A stretch of DNA of 64,000 nucleotides from an uncultured Planctomycetaceae bacterium (GCA_963815195.1 CAWFGE010000021.1:1-64000); one strand, 5' to 3'. Numbered from the stretch's first letter, positions 31,525-42,947 are shown. The notes: generated by a model not told the origin, from the letters alone. A program made the numbers and translations.

Positions 31525-33040
31525 ATGAACGCGACCCTGATTGTTGGTCTGGAAGTTCACGTTCAGCTGCTCACGCGGACGAAAATGTTTTGCGGCTGCG
31601 TGAACCGCTTCAATCCCGACCAGCCCAATACGCAGACCTGCCCGGTCTGCCTGGGTCTGCCCGGGCAGCTTGCCGGTGATGAACCGCCAGGCGTTTCGGT
31701 CTGCGCTCGAAATCGGCGCTGGCTCTCAACTGCGAAATCGCCCCGTTCACCAAGTGGGACCGCAAGCAGTATTACTACCCCGACTTGCCGAAGGCTTATC
31801 AGATCAGCCAATACGATCTGCCCTTCAGCCACGATGGCTGGATGGAGGTCGAAGTGCCCGCGGGCAAAAACAGCGAGCCGGAAGTCAAACGTGTGCGGAT
31901 CATCCGAGCCCATCTCGAAGAAGACGCCGGCAAGAACATGCACGACGAGACCGGCGCGGGGGCGACAGCCGGGTCGACCTCAACCGTTGCGGCACGCCGC
32001 TGGTGGAGATCGTCTCCCAGCCCGATATCCGTTCGCCGCCAGGAGGCGAAAGCGTATCTGGAAGAACTGCGATCTGATGCTGACGTACCTGGGCGTCTCC
32101 GACTGCAACATGCAGGAAGGCAGCCTCCGCTGCGATGCCAACGTCAATCTGCACATTCCCGCCGACGATGGCGAGCACCATCGCCACGCCGATCGTGGAG
32201 GTCAAAAACCTCAACAGCTTTCGCGGCGTCGAGGCGGCCATCGAGTTCGAAGCCCAGCGGCAATGGTCGACGAATACCAAAAGACCGGCCGCAAGCTCGG
32301 CGACCCCGGCGGCGAAAAGGAGACCCGCGGCTGGGACGCCGAACCGCAGCCTGACCTTCTCCCAGCGAGGCAAGGAAGAAGCCGCCGACTACCGCTATTT
32401 CCCCGACCCCGATCTGATGCCCGTCACCGTGACGGCCGACAAAATCGAATCCGTCAAAAACCGGCCTCTGCGAGTTGCCCGCCGGCGCCGGCAGCGGATT
32501 CGCGAGACCTGGGAATTGTCCGCGTACGATGCCGCGGTCATCATCGATCAGGGCCAAGCCTTCGCGGATTATTTCGAGGCGGTCGCCAACAAGTGCGGCG
32601 ACGGCAAACAGGCCGCCAACTGGGTCACGCAGGATGTCCAGCGGGAATTGAACGACCGGCAGATTTCCATCGCGGAGTTTCCCATTGTTGCGGCGATTTT
32701 GGGCACGCTTTTGCAATTTTTGGCCGAGGGAAAGATCACCGTCAAAAGCGGCCGCGAAGTGTTTGCGGACCTGTTATCCGAAGCTGACGCCGGCAACAAT
32801 CTCGCCCCCGGCCGCATTGCGGAGATCATCGAGGAGAAAGGTCTCGAAGTCGTGTCCGACACGGGCGCATTGGAGGGCATTATCAATGCGGTCGTGGAGC
32901 GGAATCCAAAAGCGGTCGAGGATTTCAAGAACGGCAAACAGGCCGCGGTCGGGGCGCTGATCGGCCACGTGATGCGCGAAGTCAAAGGGGCGGATGCCAA
33001 GATCGTCCGCCAGATGCTCATCGATCGGATGAATCAGTGA
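31525..33040 (+). CDS. gatB: Asp/Glu-tRNA amidotransferase subunit B, several frameshifts between ~31660 and 32500
   Basis: [68 protein letters not shown] spread over different frames. Confidence 0.92.
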
Positions 33041-33124
33041 CGGGCGTCAGCCCCATGATCTCTTTGCGAAAGTGCACGTGTCGAGCGTTCAAAACGATCA
33101 TGGAGCTTACGCCCCACGCTCGCC
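33041..33124. repeat. REP-like inverted repeat overlapping the DUF971 stop
   Basis: GGCGTCAGCCCCATGATC ... GATCATGGAGCTTACGCC; a related half copy lies at 39760-39788. Confidence 0.6.
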
Positions 33125-33457
33125 TTGGTCAGCGTGTTCGCCCAGGAACCTGAGGTACTCCAGCGAATAGATGCCGGTGTTGTGGCCGTCGTTAAATTCG
33201 ATGCCATAGGCGTAATTTCCGACGGGCCGCATGTCGACGGGCCGGGGCGGTTGGGCCTGTTTGACGTCCAGGATGTTTAAGGGATTCTCTTCCGCGGACT
33301 CGGCTTTCTCGCGCTCGGCCCGGCAGGTGGCGCAGGGGCATTGCTCGCGGAGAAAACTCCACTTGAGCCGATGCGTCACCCCATCGTCCCAGGCAATCAC
33401 CAGAGAATCCCCCTCGGACTTGAGCGAAGTCGGCAACGGCGATTTGGCGCTGGACAT
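33107..33457 (-). CDS. DUF971 / GBBH-like N-terminal domain protein
   Basis: IAWDDG...LREQCPCATC...VGNYAYGIEFNDGHNTGIYSLEYL. Confidence 0.9.
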   Translation of the reverse strand: MSSAKSPLPTSLKSEGDSLVIAWDDGVTHRLKWSFLREQCPCATCRAEREKAESAEENPLNILDVKQAQPPRPVDMRPVGNYAYGIEFNDGHNTGIYSLEYLRFLGEHADQGERGA

Positions 33458-33646
33458 GATTTGATCTCGGCTTCTTCACGCGGGTTTGCAATAGGAGCGG
33501 GTTGGGGTTCATCATAGAAGCCCCAGAGAGAACGGTCCATTCTGGCACAGCAAACGGTTCGCCAAAGCGCCGACTTTCCGCGCCGCTTCCGTTATAGTTG
33601 CAGAAAGAACTCCCGTTTGCAGCCTTTGATCTGGAAGGAATCGCCC

Positions 33647-35059
33647 ATGCGGCCCTTTGTCCTCGTGTGTTTTTTTGCCATCCTTTTTAGTCCAAGCCCG
33701 TGGCTTTACGGGCAAAGCGCGCGGCCGAATTTTTTGATCATCCTGGCGGACGATTGCACGCACAGCGAATTGCCGGTTTATGGCGGGGCCAACGCGAAAA
33801 CGCCGAACATCGACCGCCTCGCGAAACAGGGGCTGGTGTTTAACCGGGCGTATGTGAGCGAAGCCATGTGCCAGCCCTGCCGCTCGGAGCTTTACACCGG
33901 GCAGCATCCGCTGCGGAACGGGTCATCCTGGAATCACTCGGCCAGCCGGCCCGATGCCACGAGCGTGGCTCAGCACCTGGGGGCGTTGGGTTATCGCGTG
34001 GGACTCGCCGGCAAGGTCCACGTCCAGCCGGCGAAGGTGTTTGCGTTTGAGCACGTCGGCGGCTACGATCCGAACTGCGTCCGCTCGCCCACGCTGCCCC
34101 ATACCACGGAACAGATCACCGGGTTCATGGAGCGGGACGACAAGCAGCCGTTCTGCCTCGTGGTGGCGCTCGTGGAACCGCACGTGCCCTGGGTCATGGG
34201 CGATCCGTCGCAGTATCCGCCGAGGAAACTTAAACTGCCCCCGAACCTCGCGGATACGAAAGTCACCCGCGAAGCCTACTCCCGCTACCTCGCGGAGATC
34301 ACTTACATGGACAACCAGGTCGGCGAGATTCTGGATGTGCTCAAAAACACAGGGCAAACCGACGACACGCTGGTCTTTTTCAGCTCCGAGCAAGGGGCGC
34401 AGTTCCCGGGCTGCAAGTGGACGAACTGGGACTCGGGCCTGCATACCGCACTCATCGCCCGTTGGCCGGGACATGTTCCCGAAGGAAAACGCACCGACGC
34501 CATCGTGCAATACGCCGACGTCCTGCCCACGCTGCTCGCACTGGCGGGCGGCGATGCGAAGAAGCACGCCTACGACGGCACGAGCTTTCTGGCGGCGCTC
34601 AAGGACCCGAATCAACCGCACCGCAAGTACGCGTATGCCCTGCATAACAATGTGCCCGAAGGCCCGCCCTACCCGATCCGCAGCATCAGTAACGGCGAGT
34701 ACCGCTACATCCGAAACCTCACCCCCGATGAGATCTACATCGAAAAACATCTCATGGGCTTAACAGGCCAGGGCACCTTGAACAATCCCTATTGGGGCAC
34801 GTGGATGTTCAATATCGACAACCCCCGCACGCTCAGCCTCGTCAAGCGCTACATGAAGCGCCCCGCCGAGCAGCTTTACCACACCAAGACCGATCGGTAT
34901 GAGATGACCGACCTCGCCGGCGATCCGAAGTATTCCAAAATCCAAGCCGAGCTGAGCGGCGAACTCGACCGCTGGCTCAAAGCCCAAGGCGACCCGGGCA
35001 TCCCTTTGGACACCTACGAATCCCTCGAAGCCGCCCGCAATGGGCAACATGCGTATTAG
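33647..35059 (+). CDS. Sulfatase (N-sulfoglucosamine sulfohydrolase-like)
   Basis: PNFLIILADD, TPNIDRLA, CQPCR (CxPxR), GKVHV, signal peptide. Confidence 0.92.
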   Translation: MRPFVLVCFFAILFSPSPWLYGQSARPNFLIILADDCTHSELPVYGGANAKTPNIDRLAKQGLVFNRAYVSEAMCQPCRSELYTGQHPLRNGSSWNHSASRPDATSVAQHLGALGYRVGLAGKVHVQPAKVFAFEHVGGYDPNCVRSPTLPHTTEQITGFMERDDKQPFCLVVALVEPHVPWVMGDPSQYPPRKLKLPPNLADTKVTREAYSRYLAEITYMDNQVGEILDVLKNTGQTDDTLVFFSSEQGAQFPGCKWTNWDSGLHTALIARWPGHVPEGKRTDAIVQYADVLPTLLALAGGDAKKHAYDGTSFLAALKDPNQPHRKYAYALHNNVPEGPPYPIRSISNGEYRYIRNLTPDEIYIEKHLMGLTGQGTLNNPYWGTWMFNIDNPRTLSLVKRYMKRPAEQLYHTKTDRYEMTDLAGDPKYSKIQAELSGELDRWLKAQGDPGIPLDTYESLEAARNGQHAY

Positions 35060-35092
35060 CAGCACGACACGTTTTCCGAATAGGAGTTTTCA

Positions 35093-36422
35093 ATGGTCAC
35101 GCATCTTCCCGTGGAGCGTTTGGTGAATCTGTTGGACCCGGCGGCCAATCAGATTTGGGGGATGTCCGTCCACGACGCGACGGCAATCGTGGGCAGCGGC
35201 GATGTGGAGCGGATTCGCGGGATCGACGGCCATTTTGCGCTGCTCCACAAAGACGGGCAGCGGATTCGCATGGCCCGCTCGCTCGCGCGGCCGATGCGGT
35301 ATTTTCTCGCGAAACGCAGCGAAGGTCCTTGCCTTGTCGTCGCGGAGCGGATCGATGAAATTCAAGAGTTCCTGAAAGAGGAAGGCCTGGGCGGGCAGTT
35401 CCATCCGTCGTACACCCGCATGGTCCCGGCCCATCATTTGACGGAACTCCAACTCATCGGCTGCCCGGATCCCAATCCCACCGTTCACCGGTTCTTCGCG
35501 CCCGGCAAAATCGGCTGCCTGCGGATCTCGACGAGATCGGCTCAGCTTATATCGGCCGGCTTGCCGAGGAATGCGGGCATTGGCTGGACGGGCTCGACCC
35601 GCGGGAGCCGATTGGCGTCCTGTTCTCCGGCGGCATCGACAGCGGCTCGGTGCTGTTGGTGCTTTATCATTTGCTCTTGGAGCGCGGCGAGCGCCCGCCC
35701 GGCTCAAGGCATTCACGCTGTCGATCGATGGCCAAGGTGCCGACGCCCGGCAGTCGGTCGAGTTCTTGAAGGCTGTGGATCTCGGCATGCTGCTCGAGGT
35801 GATCGAAATCCCGGCCGGCTCGATCGATTACCGCGAGGCGGTGCGGATCATCGAGGACTATAAACCCCTCGACGTGCAAGCCGCCGCGATGGGAAACGCC
35901 CTGTGCAAGGGCATTCGCGCGAGGTATCCGGATTGGCGCTGCCTCGTGGACGGCGATGGCGGGGACGAGAACCTCAAGGACTATCCCATCGAAGACAATC
36001 CCGAACTCACGATCCGCAGCGTGTTCAATAATGTGATGCTGTACCAGGAAGGCTGGGGCGTAAACGCCGTCAAGCATTCGCTGACCTACACCGGCGGCCA
36101 GAGCCGGGGGCATGTTCGTTCCTGGGCCCCGGCTCGGCGGCTGGGGTTTTCGGGATTCAGCCCGTATGCCCTGCCGAACGTGATCGAAGTCGCCGAGGGC
36201 ATTCCGTTTATCGAACTCACCGATTGGGACCACGAACGGCTGTATTCGCTCAAAGGCGAAATCGTCCGCCGAGGCGTCGAGGCCGTCACCGGGTTGGAGA
36301 TGCCGGTGTTCGCCAAACGGCGGTTCCAGCATGGCGTCAGCAAGGAGGCGGAGTTCGCGCGACTGTTCCCGCAGGATGAAGCCTCCTACCGCCAGGCCTT
36401 CGCCGAGATCTATGCTGGATAA
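35093..36422 (+). CDS. Asparagine-synthetase-like ATP pyrophosphatase, frameshifts near 35520 and 35695
   Basis: PP-loop EPIGVLFSGGIDSG in the intermediate frame, DGDGGDE, KRRFQHG; degenerate Ntn domain without Cys1. Confidence 0.8.
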
Positions 36423-37362
36423 CATTCCCTTCTATCAGGACGCGGAAATCCTCGCGGCCCGCCCGCCGCGGAACGTCTTGGGTCCCCGCCGGCCTTATGC
36501 GTTCCTCGTCGAACCGGAGCACAACGCCCGGGGCGAAGTTGTGGACGTGGCGACGCTGTTTCTCACCAATCGCGAATGCCCGTTCCGCTGCCTGATGTGC
36601 GATCTGTGGAAGAACACGTTGACGGAATCCGTCTCCCCCGGCGACATTCCCGCGCAGATTCGCTGGGCCCTCAAGCAACTCCCGCCCGCGCGGGAGATCA
36701 AGCTTTATAACAGCGGGAATTTCTTTGACAAAAAGGCGATTCCCCCGGAGGATTACGCCGCGATCGCGGAATTGGTGCGCGGGTTTGAGACGGTGATCGT
36801 GGAGAATCATCCCCAACTCGCGTGCGAGGCCTGCCGGCGATTTCGGGATCTGATCGCCCCGGCTCGGCTCGAAATCGCGATGGGCCTCGAAACCTGCCAT
36901 CCCGAAATCCTGCCCCGCTTGAACAAACGCATGACGCTCGCGGACTTCGACCGGGCCGCGGGTTTTTTGCAGCAAGCGGGGATCCGCCTGCGGGTGTTTT
37001 TGCTCTTAAAGCCGCCGTTTCTCGAGGAAGCGGAAGCGGTGGAGTGGACGCTGCGGTCTTTGGACTATGCCTTCGACCGCGGGGCCGAGTGTTGCTCGAT
37101 CATCGCCACCCGCGCGGGGAACGGGATCATGGATCAATTGCAGGCGCAGGGACTCTTTTTGCCGCCGCGGGGAAGTTTTTTGGAGCAGGTGCTGGAAGCA
37201 GGACTCCATCAAGAGCGCGGGCGGGTGTTTGTGGACCTCTGGGAAGTCGAGCCGTTTTTTGATTGTGTCCATTGCCGACCTGAGCGGATCGAACGGCTGC
37301 GGGAGATGAACCTTTGGCAAAAGGTGTTGCCATCGATCCCGTGCGCGGAGTGCGAAGCATGA
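36412..37362 (+). CDS. Radical SAM protein resembling the archaeosine RaSEA (TIGR01210-type) family
   Basis: CPFRCLMC, IKLYNSGNFFD, VENHP, LEIAMGLET, FLLLKPPFL. Confidence 0.85.
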   Translation: MLDNIPFYQDAEILAARPPRNVLGPRRPYAFLVEPEHNARGEVVDVATLFLTNRECPFRCLMCDLWKNTLTESVSPGDIPAQIRWALKQLPPAREIKLYNSGNFFDKKAIPPEDYAAIAELVRGFETVIVENHPQLACEACRRFRDLIAPARLEIAMGLETCHPEILPRLNKRMTLADFDRAAGFLQQAGIRLRVFLLLKPPFLEEAEAVEWTLRSLDYAFDRGAECCSIIATRAGNGIMDQLQAQGLFLPPRGSFLEQVLEAGLHQERGRVFVDLWEVEPFFDCVHCRPERIERLREMNLWQKVLPSIPCAECEA

Positions 37363-38873
37363 CCGCCCGCGATCGCTATGATGTCCTCGTTTTGGGTTCG
37401 GGATTCGGCGGCAGTCTGACGGCGATGATTTTAGCTCAGGCGGGGTTGTGCGTGGGAATGATCGATTCCCGCAAACATCCGCGGTTTGCGATTGGCGAAT
37501 CGTCGACGCCGAGCGCGGATCTGATTCTCCACGACCTCGCGAAAAAATATCATCTCACCGAGCTATTGCCGTTGTCCCGCTTCGGCACCTGGCGGGAGAC
37601 TTATCCCGAAATCCTCTGCGGCGCGTAGCGCGGGTTCACTTATGTCTGGCACGGCGAAGAAGACGGTTTCCAAGCCACTCCGGACCATCGGCACGAACTG
37701 TTTGTCGCGGCGAGCGCTTCCCGCGAGGTCGCGGATACAGAGTGGTATCGCCCGCAGGTGGATCAGTTCTTCGCGAAAGCCGCTCGAAACCGCGGGGCGG
37801 ACTTGTGGGAAGAAGCGAGGATCGCCCGCATCGAGCATCCCCAACCGCACGCCTGGCGAGTTACGATTCAATCTGGCGGCAAAGAGCGCCGGCTCGATGC
37901 GGATTTTCTGATCGATGCCACCGGACCGGCGGGCGTCCTGCCCCGGCATTTGGGGATTTCCGATCAAACCGATTCCCTGCTGACAAACTCTTCCGCCGTT
38001 TACGGGCATTGGGAGGAGATCGAACCCTTGGAGAATTGGTTAAGGCGGCGAGGGGCGAAGACGGACGATTATCCTTACCCGTGCGACGACTCCGCGATCC
38101 ATCACGTCTTCCCCGACGGCTGGACCTGGCAGTTGCGGTTCGAGAACGGGCTGACCAGCCTGGGCTCCGTGTTTGTTCCGGGCCGCGAAATCGATTCGAT
38201 GACGGAAGCCGATTCATTGTTGACGCAAAATCGCCTCGTGCTCCGCGAGATGCTCGCCGCGGCGAAACGGGCGGCGTTTCCGGGGCGGTTGTTTTGGACG
38301 GGGCGCATGCAGCGGCTCTGGGCCCAAGCCGCGGGCGAGGATTGGGCGGCCCTTCCGCACACCGCGGGCTTCATCGATGCTCTGCATAGCACGGGCATCG
38401 CCCACACCTTGAGCGGGATGGAACGGCTCTCGGAAACTCTCTTGGAATCGTCGCCCCCACACCGGCAACAAGCGTTGGAACGGTATTCGCGTCAAATCCT
38501 GGAAGAGTTAGCGCACATCGATTTGTTGGTCTCAGGGTGTTACTTCGGTCTCTATGATTTCCGGTTATTCAGCACCTGGTGCCACGTGTATTTCGCCGCC
38601 GCGACGACGTACGAAAAAAAACGCCTCGCCGATTCTTCCAACGACGTGGGCTTTCTGTGTGCCGGCGATCGCGAGTTCGCCCGGCGGGTTCGCGAGTTGC
38701 ACGCCTGGCTGCAAAGGTTTCATCAAAAATCTGAGAAACCGAACGACGCCGTGGTGCGGGAATTTGAGGAGTCCGTCAAACAACAGATCGAACCCTATAA
38801 TCACGTGGGATTATTCGATCCGCCGGTCCCGAACCTGTATTGGCACACCGCCGCGGAGAAGCGTGGCGACTAA
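37359..38873 (+). CDS. Flavin-dependent halogenase-like oxidoreductase with an in-frame TAG at 37626-37628
   Basis: GSGFGG, HPRFAIGES, LIDATG, GWTWQLRF, AGFIDALHSTG; same frame on both sides of the TAG. Confidence 0.85.
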
Positions 38874-39050
38874 AAGCGCGGGTTTCCACGGCCGGGCGAC
38901 TCGTGGACGAGTGCGTTCCCGAATCAAGGAATCAAGCGTCGCCGGGGAGTTTCTCTGGAGCGAAGCGCGGGAATGTGCTAGATTGCCCCCACGCGAGCGT
39001 GCCGGCGGATGGTGCGCGCGGAGACCCGTATTTGCAGGAGAGACGCGACG

Positions 39051-39683
39051 ATGTTGGGAGCCCACCTCAATCCCTTGGAATACCTGAGCCGCTGCTCGGA
39101 GGAGTTCGGCAAACTCGACCTTAGCCAGTCCGAAGGCCTGGCCCTGGAGATTTTTGACACCTACGAAGACGGGCGGTTTGTGTTCATCTGCGGCAACGGC
39201 GGCAGCGGGTCGAACTCGTCCCACTTCTGCGAAGACTTGGGCAAAAGCACGCTCGACCCCCAGGATTTTACGAACGACGATGTGAAACGCCTCAAGGTGC
39301 TCAGCCTCACCGACAACACGCCCTACATCCTCGCCTGGGGCAACGATGAGGGCTTCGACCGCGTGTTCGTCGAGCAGCTCAAAAACTTCGCGTCGCCCGA
39401 TGATGTGCTCGTCGCCATCAGCGGCAGCGGCAACAGCCCCAACATTCTGAACGCCGTCGAATGGGGCAACAAGCACAACCTCCGCACCTGGGGCATCACC
39501 GGCTACAGCGGCGGCAAGCTGCAATCCCTCGCCCGGCACAACCTGCACGTCCCGCTGGACGATATGGGCATGGTGGAATCCATCCACCTGTTGTTGTTCC
39601 ACTGGATCCTGAATGATGTGTATGCCCGCATCAACCAGGTCGGCCGCTATGCCGACGGGAAAAAAGGCTCCAAAGTCGCCTGA
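39051..39683 (+). CDS. gmhA: SIS-domain phosphoheptose isomerase-like protein
   Basis: [40 protein letters not shown]. Confidence 0.85.
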   Translation: MLGAHLNPLEYLSRCSEEFGKLDLSQSEGLALEIFDTYEDGRFVFICGNGGSGSNSSHFCEDLGKSTLDPQDFTNDDVKRLKVLSLTDNTPYILAWGNDEGFDRVFVEQLKNFASPDDVLVAISGSGNSPNILNAVEWGNKHNLRTWGITGYSGGKLQSLARHNLHVPLDDMGMVESIHLLLFHWILNDVYARINQVGRYADGKKGSKVA

Positions 39684-39791
39684 GGGCGGCCCTGCTAAAC
39701 CGGAGATGCGCAGATGCTGCGCGGCTCCTGGTTTCGCGGAGTTTTGGGTCGGTCAAAGTGACCGGGAGGCTGACACCTCCCGCTCGCCAAA

Positions 39792-42680
39792 TCAGCCGAA
39801 TTGCAGTTTGACATCCGTGATTTCGTAACCGTTCATGGGGACGTGGACCGCGGCGTTTTCGATGTCGAGGGTGTCCAGGGTTTGGCCTAGAAAGTCGCAG
39901 GCGGCCGCAGCGGTCGGGGTGCGGAAGCAATCGAGCTGCACGTGGCGGGAACGGCCTTCGGTCTCGGCGAGGCGGACGATGAAGCCGAACGGCTCGTCGG
40001 CTGCCGCGTCTTCGGGAAGGCCGCGAAGGCTTTGAATCTGCACATTCTTCGCGGCGAGATGGAAGAACCAGCCTTCGGGGCCGGTGCGCGGCGGGCCGGC
40101 TTCGGTGGGGATGACGAGCGCCGGCGTCATCGCATCCCGGGCCGCGACCTGCGGGTAGCTTTGATCGATGGCAATGTCGAACTTGAAGCTCCGCCGGCTT
40201 TCGCCCGCGGTGATCAATAACGTATCCAGCATCCTCAGGCCCGTCTTGCGGTGGAACGGCTGCCCGTGAAAGAGCACCGTGGTCCGCAGGTCGCCCTCGG
40301 CGATTTCCAGATAATCGGGGCTGTCGAACCGCTCGCCGCGAAAGCCGAACGCGAAATCCTGCACCGAACGGGTGAGCGCGGCCGTGCTGTCGTTCCAGGC
40401 GAAGCGGAGCGCGTAATAGTTCGTCCAAGGGTCGGCGTCGGGGACTTTTTGCAGGTCGAGTTCGATCTCGACTTCCACCACCGGCCGATGCCGCCAGACC
40501 CGCGTGGTCTGTTTGAAGAATGCCAAGGGCGATTCATCTTTTTGATCGACGATGTCCCCCGTGGTCACCACTTCGCCGAGCGTCGGGCCGGTGCAGGTGG
40601 CTTCGATGGACCCGCAGCGCATCTCGGAATAGAACGTTTTGATCGTCTCGTGCTCGTTTTGCTCGTTGGGATGGCCGAGGGGCACGCTGCGCTCGTGCGG
40701 AAAGCGGTAGCCGATCTGCTGGCTGATGCGGTTGGGGCTCCGGCCGTAGTTTTTGATCCGCCCGATCCCGCCGGTGGCATCGTTCATGTAGACTTCAAAA
40801 AAGTCGTTCCGCAGCATCAAATCTTCTACAAGCGGCGGCTCGCCTTTTTTGGCGGCGGGTTTGGGACCCTGGCCATCTTTGGGAACCCACACAAACCCGG
40901 AGCCCGGGATCTCCGCGACGACGAACCGGCGGTTGTCGTCGAATTGCACCGCCTTGATGCCCCCTCCCACCGGCGGCGGGGATTCCAACTGCGGCAGTTC
41001 CACCGAGACCGTCCGCTTGTGCGCCAACGTGTTGACGAGCAGAAAGCCGGCGTTCGATTCCGCCCCGGAAAGCACGACTTCCGCGAGCTGTTCCTCGGCT
41101 GCGGTTTGAAACTCCTGAAGCGCGAGTTCCGCGGCGGGAATCGCCTCGGCATGCTCGGCGGATTCTTCGCAATCGGGGCCGGCTTTCTCGACGATCTGTT
41201 CAATCGCATCGAGCCGGGATTGATCGACCCGTTGGCCTCGGAGAATTTGCGAAACCGCCCAGGCCCATTGGGCTCGCTCCAACTGCCTTCGGCGGAGGGC
41301 ATAGTTGGCCCAGCGACTGACGGGGTTCGGCTCTTGCCGGGCCGCGGCTTGGATGAAAAACGGCGGCAGGTACTCCTGCTGATCGAACACCGACAGCCGG
41401 CCGGGGTCGTCCGTGTTTTCCATGAAGTCGCCCATTGTCACAAACCGCCCGAGCACGGGGGCGTACTTCTGCATTCTGGCGAGATCCTCGAACCAGGGGG
41501 CTTTGACTTCCGGCCAGCGGGCAAACACGACCGCGGCCACCTGGTCGCGCTCCATCGACTCCGCCATGTGCTGGGCGAATTTTAAGTAGCTCAGCGACCC
41601 TTCGGCGGTCATCGGAAACCGGCCGAGGGCATTGATGATCGTCTGGTCGGCGCCTTCCCAGCGGATCTTGCTCTCGTCCTCGTCGGGATAAAGGCCATCG
41701 TCCATGACCAGATGCAGGGCCGAGCGAAAACCGAACTTTGTCAGAACCCCCGGAAGCAGCGTCGATAACCCATACCGCCGCCGGCCCCAGCAACTCGGCG
41801 TTCGGCCGAACAGCCGCCGATACGCCCTTTGGCCTTCCGCGAACTGCCAGAGCACGGCGCCTATGGGCATCAACGGGAACGGGGCATCTTCCCATTCCCC
41901 GCCGACGACGTTCAGCCGCCCCGCGTCCCAGGCTTCGCGAAGGGCGGCGATCGTTTCGGGCGATTTGTCGTGGATTTCCTGAAGCTCCTCCGCCGTCGCC
42001 ACGAGGTTGACGGGTTTCTCCGCCGCGGCCATTTTCAACAGCGGCTCGCGCTGCTCCTCGGCGATGCGGGGGATCAACAGGCACAGGTCGATCAGGTAGC
42101 ATTCGACGGGATAAAACCGCTCGCGGGCTTCGAGGAGCGATTCAAACGCCCCCCGCAGGTGGTTCCGCGCGGTGTCGAGATCGCCGGCGATCGCCGCCTC
42201 CGCCGCGGCGAGGCTTTCGCGCTCGAGTTGCACTTCATCGAGGTTGCTGTAGTAGTGCATGTGCCGGGTGAGAAGTTCCATTTGCAGATAGCACGTCCCG
42301 AGCGCAAGGAAATCCGCCGCGATGTCTTCATCGACCGGGGCGGGATTCTCCAGCGGGGCCAAGGCCTTCGCGAGCATGTCCGCACGGTTTTCCAGACCGG
42401 AAACGACGACGGCTCCCTGTTTTTCGGCATAGCCCACCCAACCCCCCGGCAGCCAGTCCTCGCAGGCGGTGGGCACCACGATCAGCCGATTCTCCAAAGT
42501 AGCGGGCGGCTCGTCCGAGCGGTCCCACCTCGGCAGCGTCTTCGCCTGCTGCAACAACAGCGGATGCCACACGACGGCAAAGGCGTTCAGCAAACTCGCC
42601 GCCGGCTGCTCTTGGAGTTCGGTCGGAAAATCTTCCAGAGAATGGCTGGGAATCAAAACGACAATATCGGTGTAAGTCAT
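39792..42680 (-). CDS. Hypothetical protein, possibly GH38/alpha-mannosidase-like fold
   Basis: Long ORF with C-terminal IVRLAETEG...CDFLG...YEI segment typical of GH38 C-termini; catalytic motifs not evident. Confidence 0.6.
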   Translation of the reverse strand: MTYTDIVVLIPSHSLEDFPTELQEQPAASLLNAFAVVWHPLLLQQAKTLPRWDRSDEPPATLENRLIVVPTACEDWLPGGWVGYAEKQGAVVVSGLENRADMLAKALAPLENPAPVDEDIAADFLALGTCYLQMELLTRHMHYYSNLDEVQLERESLAAAEAAIAGDLDTARNHLRGAFESLLEARERFYPVECYLIDLCLLIPRIAEEQREPLLKMAAAEKPVNLVATAEELQEIHDKSPETIAALREAWDAGRLNVVGGEWEDAPFPLMPIGAVLWQFAEGQRAYRRLFGRTPSCWGRRRYGLSTLLPGVLTKFGFRSALHLVMDDGLYPDEDESKIRWEGADQTIINALGRFPMTAEGSLSYLKFAQHMAESMERDQVAAVVFARWPEVKAPWFEDLARMQKYAPVLGRFVTMGDFMENTDDPGRLSVFDQQEYLPPFFIQAAARQEPNPVSRWANYALRRRQLERAQWAWAVSQILRGQRVDQSRLDAIEQIVEKAGPDCEESAEHAEAIPAAELALQEFQTAAEEQLAEVVLSGAESNAGFLLVNTLAHKRTVSVELPQLESPPPVGGGIKAVQFDDNRRFVVAEIPGSGFVWVPKDGQGPKPAAKKGEPPLVEDLMLRNDFFEVYMNDATGGIGRIKNYGRSPNRISQQIGYRFPHERSVPLGHPNEQNEHETIKTFYSEMRCGSIEATCTGPTLGEVVTTGDIVDQKDESPLAFFKQTTRVWRHRPVVEVEIELDLQKVPDADPWTNYYALRFAWNDSTAALTRSVQDFAFGFRGERFDSPDYLEIAEGDLRTTVLFHGQPFHRKTGLRMLDTLLITAGESRRSFKFDIAIDQSYPQVAARDAMTPALVIPTEAGPPRTGPEGWFFHLAAKNVQIQSLRGLPEDAAADEPFGFIVRLAETEGRSRHVQLDCFRTPTAAAACDFLGQTLDTLDIENAAVHVPMNGYEITDVKLQFG

Positions 42681-42713
42681 TGCGGGGAAGCACTTTCTAT
42701 TGGCGGCTTTTTT

Positions 42714-42947
42714 AGACCCAAAGGGTCGCAAGGATAACTTTGATTACCACGAAGACGCGAACAATAAAACACGTTTTCAACGGAATTCGCCAGCGTAGCC
42801 CGAAGTGCAAGCGAGGGAATACGAAGGCTTTACAAACCCTTGCTTGCGCTGCGGGCTAGTTTTCGGGTTAGGTCTTAGAGTTCGAATCCGCTTCCGTTGC
42901 ACAATCTTTGCCCTCTGCGTCTTGCCATTGCGGCTTTGCGTCAAAAG
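42714..42947. repeat. Nested REP-like repeats
   Basis: Outer CCAAAGGGTCGCAAG ... CTTTGCGTC element encloses TAGCCCGAAGTGCAAGCGAGGG ... CCCTTGCTTGCGCTGCGGGCTA. Confidence 0.65.

Noticed and set aside
39051..39683. gmhA as part of the radical SAM/halogenase operon
   Set aside because: It is separated by ~180 bp with its own RBS, so linkage cannot be shown from the sequence alone.
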